A program made the translations under genes and the position numbers. 64,000 bases of DNA from a virus, in IMG/VR virus record IMGVR_UViG_3300008952_003529. The stretch is one strand, 5' to 3'. Positions within the stretch are counted from its first letter, which is position 1. Each line of letters starts with the position of its first letter. Below are positions 39,701-46,551 of this stretch, in pieces. The notes beneath the pieces were generated by a model. The model was not told where the DNA came from. It worked only from the letters and a program-made list of their open reading frames with translations, and ran no database searches.

Positions 39701-41692
39701 TTGTCTGGTTCTCTTCAAATGTTGTCAGATGGAACGACGAAATATCTCGCGGCTGGTTCTGGAATAACAATCTTGACGGCGTCAAATGGTCAAGTAACAA
39801 TAGCTACCACTGGTGTGTCGGGCTTGAGCAGCGTTTCTCAAGCTGGGGGCTCTTCATTTTCTGATATTACAGCTGTGGTCTTCACAGGAAGTCTTGTGAC
39901 TGAGCCCACCTCGGGTACTGCACAGATAACACCCGTGATTGGTGCCCCAGAGGATGGAGATTATACCGATGGCCTCTTTACTGATTTTTCTTATGGAACT
40001 AACATTGGTACTGCGATCGATAGGTTCAACGAGGTCCTGAAGGGACTGGCTCCACCCGCTGCACCAATACTGGATGATATGAACTGTTCGGACTCTGGGG
40101 CTACTGCAAATCTGTCTTTCGGCTCGTCACAATCTATATCTGGGTATACAAATGCTCAACCTTCTACTCTAACCCCGAGTAGTGGACTATCAGACACCAA
40201 TATAAATGGCACCTATAATTCTGACACCGCCAGCAATGATCTTCAAGTTGCGTGCTTTCAATCGACCATTATAAATGGTACACTAAATGCTGACATTCCC
40301 GCTGACGGAGTTAATTACAGCGCTGATTCATTCGGGAATGCTGATCAGGGAACATTAAAGCTATATGTGAATGATAATGTAACCCCTGTCCATTCTGTCG
40401 ATTTAAGTACATTCGGCTCTGGTAATTCGTTAAATGGGAATGGAACAGGATTTAATCTAACTGCAAAAACAGCTGGTCACTTTGCTGATGGAAGTAATTT
40501 TGAAACATTCCAGCACAGACAAGGAACCTACACCATCGCTGCCGGTGTTGAGATATCAGATGACCAGCGGAACGGGTGGAATTGGGCAAGAGTAGTACAT
40601 ACAATATCCGATGTGGATACAACGTGCAATTATGTCGAGTGGGTGAACGACACCACTGATAATGTAACGTATCCACTTTCATCAACTGGAGCGTCTTTTG
40701 GAGCACTATCGATGACAGGGACTGAATATTTGTCAGGTGTGAAGTACTACACAGGTGGGTCTGCGACATATAGCGTAACGGTGGATAACGCTTATAGGAA
40801 CGTATACTCAAATAGCTTTATAACATTTAACGGCACAAATTGTGGAAATGAGACGCAGGCCTTTGACCCAATAGATTGGTCAGGTGGTGAAAATGAGTCA
40901 AAACAAATGAGTCTAAGTCAATTGATGACGATTAATGTAAGCAGTATCTTAGATGGACCAATATCCACTAGCGTTACCGTACCCCATCCGCTAAGGGCAA
41001 ATCTTTCAAGCGCGTCTTCTCAATCTCACAATAACATTCTTTTGTACAACCGAAGTGATAATTCAACTGATACATACGAGTCATTTCGCGGAGAAAGTAG
41101 AAGAGTGAAGTCTGGTAGCTATGTTGATCAAGCAGCCGTAACAGCAGGCGGAAACGTATGGGTATCTACAACAGCGTTGACCACGGTTGACGGATTGATG
41201 TTCTATGACCAGAAGCTTGTTGGTCCAGATGAAGGTGCAAACGGATCCGATTTTAGCAGTGTTGCAAATGGACCCGCCGGGAATGTAGATTATAGTGGGA
41301 TAACCTCTGGGCTAAGAACATTTTATAGATGGTTTCGAAACCCAACTGCTGGAAGTGATAGGACGGGTTTTGATTTAGAGATTAATGGAGCCGGAACAAT
41401 CGTGACACAACCCACTGCGTTAACTGGAAACAGAATTCATGTGCTATGTAAGCTTCCCACCGGCTCCGCGGGTGAAACTGGATGGATGGATCTTGCGATT
41501 GGATTTTCTACAGGGCAAACGTCGGACGGCGACGGATGCTATTCGGGGGCGTTCGACTCTAGTTTATCTGCAACTAACACTGCAACTTTCGGCACACAAA
41601 CAGTTGCAGCTGGTGAATATGTAATGGTAAAGGTCGAGGCCGATGCATCATGGACAGGAAATATATCATCGATGACGGTAGCGTGGAGCTAG
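36728..41692 (+). CDS. Repeat-rich tail-fibre/spike-like protein, 1654 aa
   Basis: Gly/Ser/Thr-rich, with repeated FDGS.A.TV.IDT, TAGDGLSG and GL(S/T)GSLQ...YL..G..IT..SNGQ.TI modules; TTG start with a strong RBS. Confidence 0.75.
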   Translation: MPRESKSDLRKSDFLIIRSKTDGSIVKIVSPQHFQVGFDDADFERVVLVNGTVKSTMGVYSPAFSGSLQTLMDGTSYLREGNNVSITSGSDGSITIAAGTAGIAHSLTGGGASKGIKAFDYDGTSAKEVEVDLDTINGGLGFSKWGLAVIPSKANSILDSEDLSQSDLLVIEDVTDADEGVKKITVGDLMSAATTGVLSNAITFGNGIYDSANAAASYNNSAAATIAVDLQTDPGLSFSQQKLGVLLNGATISNGASGLSVASVPSAVTWGVGLLSTVGNSFDGSAATTVSIDTGIIPALGTPNTFTGVNTFSSLAGGGIIGSIQEVSPGTDYLVGGSNVTITKDLPGAGQITIAASMGTGGDLTQGSGIQTFLYNGTAPATVALDATSLAVSGDRTSYVFLSDGGTTITKRTVATLVDLADRTALVASKVGGGITVEFPGSTVPAQFSIDSDGTTLQVGSSGLEVKKVPYNLTQTTGIATFSFNGSSAQTVGIDTGVVPRKGVDNTWTGQNTFGVSTTAGLTGSLQEVTAGVPYLATGTGMSITTSSNGQVVISTNGEEVTGITAGDGLSGTRTGGDVTLAVDLAPHPGLEFSTGKLKVDLDGNTLSLGISGISVASLPSALSQDVGINTFSFDGSTARTVGIDTAIVPRKNVDNTWSGKNTFGVSATAGLTGSLQEVTNGVPYLLASTGVTITTASNGQITISATGTGGTITGLTAGDGLSGGGSSGNVTVDIDLATDPGLQFTTGKLDAKLNPNDTIRKDADGLAVNKVPYDLTQGAGISSFGFDGSSGGQVVSIDQTQVPMLANDNTWTGDNIFSVGLSGSLQMLSDGNTKYMAGIGGIKISTSSLGQILVSGSEGKIYTAGLGLDLATDQFSVDNAIVATLTGSQFSGDVGITGSLGVEANAIFKTGLSGSLQMLSDGTTEYLAGIGGIAITTASNGQITISGSVGRVYTSGVGLSLEEDQFFVDNSIVATLTGSVFSGDLIAQTGLSGSLQMLSDGTTKYLAAGSGITILTASNGQVTIATTGVSGLSSVSQAGGSSFSDITAVVFTGSLVTEPTSGTAQITPVIGAPEDGDYTDGLFTDFSYGTNIGTAIDRFNEVLKGLAPPAAPILDDMNCSDSGATANLSFGSSQSISGYTNAQPSTLTPSSGLSDTNINGTYNSDTASNDLQVACFQSTIINGTLNADIPADGVNYSADSFGNADQGTLKLYVNDNVTPVHSVDLSTFGSGNSLNGNGTGFNLTAKTAGHFADGSNFETFQHRQGTYTIAAGVEISDDQRNGWNWARVVHTISDVDTTCNYVEWVNDTTDNVTYPLSSTGASFGALSMTGTEYLSGVKYYTGGSATYSVTVDNAYRNVYSNSFITFNGTNCGNETQAFDPIDWSGGENESKQMSLSQLMTINVSSILDGPISTSVTVPHPLRANLSSASSQSHNNILLYNRSDNSTDTYESFRGESRRVKSGSYVDQAAVTAGGNVWVSTTALTTVDGLMFYDQKLVGPDEGANGSDFSSVANGPAGNVDYSGITSGLRTFYRWFRNPTAGSDRTGFDLEINGAGTIVTQPTALTGNRIHVLCKLPTGSAGETGWMDLAIGFSTGQTSDGDGCYSGAFDSSLSATNTATFGTQTVAAGEYVMVKVEADASWTGNISSMTVAWS
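38291..39726 (+). repeat. Intragenic tandem modules of the fibre gene (450-nt period, then 273 and 237 nt)
   Basis: The Leu codon of GL(T/S)GSLQ occurs at 38291, 38741, 39191, 39464 and 39701. An identical 26-mer TTGTCTGGTTCTCTTCAAATGTTGTC lies at 39464-39489 and 39701-39726. Confidence 0.85.
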
Positions 41693-41695
41693 ATA

Positions 41696-43270
41696 ATGGG
41701 ATATGATGCAACAACTGAGAGGCTTATTGCATTAAAGAAGCTTGCAGGAAAAGCGCAGACTTCTAACCTCAAGGGTCTATCAAATGAAGGGCTACCATCA
41801 GGCCTTACTGTGTCTTTTGAAACAGTATTCGGTGAAAGTATTACCACGGAGCCGTCCAATAGCTCACTTTATCAAATCACAGGACAAGTAGAATATCTTA
41901 GATTTCCTGCAACATTCATAGCAGGTACTGCGACGACAGCTGGTCGTCATGGTTTTGAATTAAAATTACCAGCAGACTATGAAGCGAATTCTTCAAATCC
42001 AAAAGCCGGAACGTATCCTTACATAGACGATCAGGTAATAAACATTACCTCGGGATCGCTACAAGTGATACCGCCGTCTTTTGCAACTGGCTATGAAGTA
42101 AAGCCATATTACGGAGGCACCACCGCGAAAGATTCCGGAACACAAATCCTTCTTTTAGATTCTAGAGATTGGTATCTAGATTATTTTAATGGTGTGTTTT
42201 TCCAACAGGACCCTCCCGGTACCGGTGATGATGAACAAAATCCAGACTACGTTGAGGGGTATCTTTACATTGGAGATTATCTCAACGATACATCTGGGGG
42301 TGGAACTATTACCGATGTTGTTGCTGGTACTGGATTAACCGGTGGAGGTGGCACGCCTACGGTAACACTAAATATTGATAATTCGGTCGTGGCTACGTTG
42401 ACAGGTTCGCAATTTACTGGTGATGTGGATGTAACTGGGTCTTTCTTGGTGAGGACCGGAGACTTTAGAGTGGAGTCAGTTGGTGAGGATCAAGCTTTAT
42501 TCTTAGACGCTTCTTCTAATCAATTTTATATTAATAAAGGGGCAACTTCATTTACGACTATCATTAAGAATACAAACAATGAGGTTTTTAGAGCTGGCGC
42601 AGGCGGCGCAATATTCAACGAGTATGGTAATAAGCATATTGATTTTAGAATTGAGTCGTGGGACAAGCCCTATGCATTCTACATTGAGTCACAAAAAAAT
42701 CAGATACTAATCCTTTCAGGTGGTGGAGGAACTTCACCGGATGAAATGACATATACTGACATGAATTTCTTTGTTTCGGGCTCTATTGGGTCTAGAAACA
42801 GCTCTACTAAGGGTACTTCTATTTTTGGTGGAGACGTACTTTCTTCTGGTTCCCTCACGGCCTTGAGTGGTTTATCGGGCTCCCTAACAAAGCTTTCAGA
42901 TGGCACTTCATACCTGAGGGCCGGCTCAAATGTAACAATTACGTCGGGATCTGGCGGATTTATTACTATTGCTTCATCGGGAGGCGGCGGAGGTGGCCTA
43001 ACTCGTGCTAAAGATAGCTATTTTCTTTCTTCCTCCGTACCAACACTTCAGGCAATACCAGTCGCATCATCAGATTTTTCCGATGCCAGTTATGATTCTA
43101 ACTTGATAGATGTTCTTTTGAACGGTCAGCTTATGCACTCTGGCAGCGCGCCAGAGGTAACAGCATCAGAAAGAGATTATTATGTAGCAGGACCATCCTC
43201 TCTTAAGTTTGCGTTTCAACTAGATATAAATGACATCATTGATGTTGTTGTTTATACGGTGGCAGAGTAA
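41696..43270 (+). CDS. Fibre-associated structural protein sharing modules with the 1654-aa protein
   Basis: VAGTGLTGGG..DNSVVATLTGSQF and GLSGSLTKLSDGTSYLRAGSNVTIT match modules of 36728-41692; C-terminal VLLNGQL domain. Confidence 0.7.
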   Translation: MGYDATTERLIALKKLAGKAQTSNLKGLSNEGLPSGLTVSFETVFGESITTEPSNSSLYQITGQVEYLRFPATFIAGTATTAGRHGFELKLPADYEANSSNPKAGTYPYIDDQVINITSGSLQVIPPSFATGYEVKPYYGGTTAKDSGTQILLLDSRDWYLDYFNGVFFQQDPPGTGDDEQNPDYVEGYLYIGDYLNDTSGGGTITDVVAGTGLTGGGGTPTVTLNIDNSVVATLTGSQFTGDVDVTGSFLVRTGDFRVESVGEDQALFLDASSNQFYINKGATSFTTIIKNTNNEVFRAGAGGAIFNEYGNKHIDFRIESWDKPYAFYIESQKNQILILSGGGGTSPDEMTYTDMNFFVSGSIGSRNSSTKGTSIFGGDVLSSGSLTALSGLSGSLTKLSDGTSYLRAGSNVTITSGSGGFITIASSGGGGGGLTRAKDSYFLSSSVPTLQAIPVASSDFSDASYDSNLIDVLLNGQLMHSGSAPEVTASERDYYVAGPSSLKFAFQLDINDIIDVVVYTVAE

Positions 43271-43271
43271 T

Positions 43272-43487
43272 ATGGCTGACAATACATTCAAAACAGCAGA
43301 CCTCGGACTCGCAGCATATTTGCTTACAAAAGGAGCAGAGTTGAAGTCCGCAACAAGAGAAAAAAATAGGTTTGCCTTTGTATTTTCTGAACGTACCGCA
43401 TGCCAGCGACTAGCGATTGAATATGTGAATAGCGAGTTTTCAAAATTCGATGCAAATCTTAAAAATTTAAAAAATCTTGTTAGTTAG
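43272..43487 (+). CDS. Small phage protein, DUF5659-like
   Basis: FKTADLGLAAYL...G..L......RFAFVF pattern recalled for DUF5659. Start reassigned to ATG 43272. Confidence 0.55.
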   Translation: MADNTFKTADLGLAAYLLTKGAELKSATREKNRFAFVFSERTACQRLAIEYVNSEFSKFDANLKNLKNLVS

Positions 43488-43502
43488 TTTAAGCTGACAT
43501 GT

Positions 43503-43510
43503 ATAGTTAA
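43503..43510 (+). promoter_or_regulatory. Candidate late-promoter motif ATAGTTAA
   Basis: Intergenic, 76 nt before ATG 43587. Confidence 0.55.
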
Positions 43511-43533
43511 TTGCGAGTTTGTCCTGTTCGTCC

Positions 43534-43555
43534 ATTTAGTTTCGTTATTTAGTTT
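43534..43555 (+). repeat. 9-nt direct repeat ATTTAGTTT in the 5' leader of 43587
   Basis: Copies at 43534-43542 and 43547-43555; a further TAGTTT at 43485-43490. Confidence 0.5.
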
Positions 43556-43586
43556 GTAAGAACATATAACAACAAGGAAATTTATT

Positions 43587-44915
43587 ATGGCTATTACATC
43601 AAAATTGCGCCTATTACAACTGACAGGATCAGTTGCAAATGCCAGTTCAGTCTCCACCGCGGCTGAAGTGTCAGGAAAGCTCGTCGGCGCCGGGCAAAAT
43701 ATGCTGGATCCCTCAGCGAACTCAGGTAACTATCAACTCCCAGCTGGCGCCACCCTGGATGGATTGAATCTCGGCGCACTGGACAGGTCTAGCGACCTTT
43801 CTGGTGTAATGCAGCTCCTCGCTGATGGTCTTGGAAAGATCACTGGTAGAGCCGACTGGACAAACCAGACTCCTGGAACAATCGAATTCGGAGACATTGG
43901 AGCAGAGTCCCGCGGACAAAACACGTTTGATCTCCAGCTTCTACAGTCCGCCGCTGATAATAAGATTAAGGTCGACTCAGTGGGACAACTGCAGCTTGGA
44001 TCAGATAAGCTTTTCAGCGTTGCTAGTAACAAGACTGGCGGTACCGCGCTGAAGATTCAGACTGGTGGCGACGGTCGAGGTCCTGGTACACACGGAGCCG
44101 GAGTGACCGCCGGTGGTATCGACGTCCTCAGTCAGATGTCACTCCTCTTGAGTTCATCGAACTCTAGTGTCACGCTGAAGTCTAAGGCTGACGGCCCAGG
44201 CGCAGTGATTCTGTCAGCATCTGGAGGTAGCTCTCCTTCGGTTCGAGTCCAATCGAACCGATTCGAGTGGATGGCTACAGGTAATGCCGGTGATGGCGAC
44301 GTCAAGTCGGATTTCCGGATAGGCACTTGGGGAACATATCCCGCTGTCGGAATCGGTGGTATCAAAGACGACCAGAATGTGACGCTTTATGCTGGCGCGA
44401 AAGGTGGGCAACTATTCCTTTCCGGTTCAGAGGCTACTGCTCCGGTTGGATTTTCATGCGGAAACAACCAAGCCGATGGCACATACCCCAGCTCTGCTGG
44501 ACCAGGTGGACTTGCACTCTATAATAATATTTCAGAGGCATCCGGATATGTTACGGCAATGGGTCAGAGCACTTCACTCCTGAAGGCCATCGTGGATCTG
44601 AACGATAAGATTGCATCGAATGCAGAGCCCACTCTGTTCTCGAAGCTCATCTCGGCCGCCGGCGGAGTCGCTGCAAATGACGCCGTTACACTCAACAAGA
44701 TCACGGGTAACAATGATAACTTACAGGGTCATAAGCCGAACAACATCCAGGTGATGTTGAATGGGCAATTGCTTCTGTCGGCTTCTGGGACAACCGATGG
44801 TGTTGTTAACAATGATGGCGATTATGCGGTCAAGGAAACCGGTTCAACTGATGAAATCCGATTTGGGTTCGGGTTGCAAGCTGATGATATTATCCGACTG
44901 TACTACTTTGGGTAG
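43587..44915 (+). CDS. Gly/Ser-rich putative abundant structural protein
   Basis: Has its own candidate promoter, AAGGA RBS and terminator; C-terminal VMLNGQLL domain shared with 41696-43270. Confidence 0.65.
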   Translation: MAITSKLRLLQLTGSVANASSVSTAAEVSGKLVGAGQNMLDPSANSGNYQLPAGATLDGLNLGALDRSSDLSGVMQLLADGLGKITGRADWTNQTPGTIEFGDIGAESRGQNTFDLQLLQSAADNKIKVDSVGQLQLGSDKLFSVASNKTGGTALKIQTGGDGRGPGTHGAGVTAGGIDVLSQMSLLLSSSNSSVTLKSKADGPGAVILSASGGSSPSVRVQSNRFEWMATGNAGDGDVKSDFRIGTWGTYPAVGIGGIKDDQNVTLYAGAKGGQLFLSGSEATAPVGFSCGNNQADGTYPSSAGPGGLALYNNISEASGYVTAMGQSTSLLKAIVDLNDKIASNAEPTLFSKLISAAGGVAANDAVTLNKITGNNDNLQGHKPNNIQVMLNGQLLLSASGTTDGVVNNDGDYAVKETGSTDEIRFGFGLQADDIIRLYYFG

Positions 44916-44940
44916 AGTCTAGATTTAAGGTTTATACCTG

Positions 44941-44972
44941 CGAGGGCCACAATGTGGCCCTCGTTTTTTTTT
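44941..44972 (+). terminator. Rho-independent terminator
   Basis: Perfect 10-bp stem CGAGGGCCAC / GTGGCCCTCG with a 3-nt loop (AAT), followed by 9 T. Confidence 0.9.
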
Positions 44973-45028
44973 ATATTCATCACATTCCTTATATTATGTG
45001 TATATGTGTAGTGAGGAGCTAACTTATT

Positions 45029-45577
45029 ATGAAAACATTCACTGATGATATAGAGAAAACCATCTCCGCGATCAAGGAGCAGATTCAAGAGGAAAATTCA
45101 AAAATTCTAACCCCTTCGTTTCATTCTAGTCGTCTTCAGAAAGCGCTACAAACGTCTGTTGGTGGAATATCCAAAGATGCCGACCCGAAAGAAGTAATTC
45201 AGCAACTTTTGAATATTATTAATCAGGTACCATCATTCGCAGGTGCCACCATCTCTGAAACCCTGACAAGAATTTCGACACGCCAGACAGAATTACAGGT
45301 GTGGGTAAACGTTCGCGCGCAATACGAAGATTATCTTGCGAAGAGAGAAGAAGAACAAAGACAAGCAGCTCAGATAGCAGCAGAGCAAGCACAGCAAGCT
45401 ATCGACCAGGAGCTTTCGCTAGCTGCAAGAGCCGAACGAGTACTAGATGATGTTGCGAGCGGGAAAGTTAAAGAACGTGAGGTGGGCGAACGCCCACGAG
45501 ACCTTGGCACACATCCAGGTCCAACAGTTAGAGAATTAAGAGCTGCAAAAGCTAAGCTCAAGCAATCTAGTAGCTAA
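45029..45577 (+). CDS. Coiled-coil hypothetical protein
   Basis: GAGGAG RBS; Q/E/A/R-rich helix (REEEQRQAAQIAAEQAQQ). Confidence 0.7.
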   Translation: MKTFTDDIEKTISAIKEQIQEENSKILTPSFHSSRLQKALQTSVGGISKDADPKEVIQQLLNIINQVPSFAGATISETLTRISTRQTELQVWVNVRAQYEDYLAKREEEQRQAAQIAAEQAQQAIDQELSLAARAERVLDDVASGKVKEREVGERPRDLGTHPGPTVRELRAAKAKLKQSSS

Positions 45578-45583
45578 TACTTA
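45577..45583 (+). promoter_or_regulatory. Candidate late-promoter motif variant ATACTTA
   Basis: Overlaps the upstream stop, 5 nt before ATG 45589; no obvious RBS in between. Confidence 0.35.
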
Positions 45584-45588
45584 GATGC

Positions 45589-46539
45589 ATGGCTGGTATA
45601 TTAGACCCAAAAACAAGATTTATGGATACGTTCCTAACGCAGGTTGGAAGAGACCAGCTTGCACATTGGGAACTTCGGTTTGCGTTTGCTACTTTTTCTG
45701 ATTACGCTACCTTTTATGAGCCAGATGGAGATGTCCCGACAAGGGCTACCGACCCGTTAAATAGAATATTTTTCGAGGCAGCCAATCGCCCTCAAGATCA
45801 AGTAATTCCAGAATTTGATAATGATGGTCAAATTTCGTTTCCAGCTGGAGATTTCGAATTAACAAATGGATCATTATTGGTTCTATCTGGAACTACTGGT
45901 GGCACGGAGTTTTTGTCTGGTGACGAGCTTGTTTCAAGTGCTAGTGTGGCATTTAAAGACTGCTTATTATCATTAAAAGACATGCAGCCATTAAGATCTT
46001 CTGAGCTTTTAAGCGAAAATAATGATTTTAAAGTCAGCGCTTATAAGCACTCGTTTGAAGTAACGACCCAGCTACCTCTTGCCACGTCAGCCCCGAAAAC
46101 AATTTCATTAGAAAATTGTGAAAGCTTATGGCAGGATAAGAAGTTAAGTCACATTCCCAATTATCAATTTTTGCCCCCAAAAAATAAAATTTCTGGTGAT
46201 GTAATAAGAGATTTTCCGAAATTGCAACAACCTACACCGACAAGCTATGATGATCTGATGTTTTCACTCCAGGGAACGAATCCAGACGATGGTGAGACAG
46301 GAGTAGGGGCGCCCTTAAAGTTGACGTTCCCACAAACTTCCAAAGAGAATAATTTAGTATGTCAAATTTTCGAGGTATGTAGCGGTAGTATAGACAAACT
46401 ACGTGTTATTGATTTTGGTGAATTTGAAGATGAAGATCCATTTAGTCCTGGAAAGCATGTATTTTTTGCTGGTAAGCTATTTACTGATTCAGACGGTGAT
46501 GAAACATTCGTGAATTTATTTACGCTGGTATTTGATTAA
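45589..46539 (+). CDS. Putative structural protein, paralogous N-terminus to 54663-55370
   Basis: MAGILDPKTRFMDTFLTQVGRDQLA...FATFSD versus MGFLDNS..IIVDAVLTDYGRQLLA...KFALGD. Confidence 0.65.
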   Translation: MAGILDPKTRFMDTFLTQVGRDQLAHWELRFAFATFSDYATFYEPDGDVPTRATDPLNRIFFEAANRPQDQVIPEFDNDGQISFPAGDFELTNGSLLVLSGTTGGTEFLSGDELVSSASVAFKDCLLSLKDMQPLRSSELLSENNDFKVSAYKHSFEVTTQLPLATSAPKTISLENCESLWQDKKLSHIPNYQFLPPKNKISGDVIRDFPKLQQPTPTSYDDLMFSLQGTNPDDGETGVGAPLKLTFPQTSKENNLVCQIFEVCSGSIDKLRVIDFGEFEDEDPFSPGKHVFFAGKLFTDSDGDETFVNLFTLVFD

Positions 46540-46551
46540 GCAGGCACATTC

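Noticed and set aside
41690-41698. In-frame stop-spacer-ATG junctions (41692/41696, 19056/19060, 4229/4233, 59053/59054) suggesting readthrough fusions
   Set aside because: One third of close junctions are in frame by chance, and they include unrelated gene pairs (tail protein/RuvC). No readthrough context or downstream structure was seen.
30324-44915. Diversity-generating retroelement acting on the fibre or giant proteins
   Set aside because: There is no reverse transcriptase, and no TR/VR pair differing only at adenines; the repeats found are in-frame protein modules.
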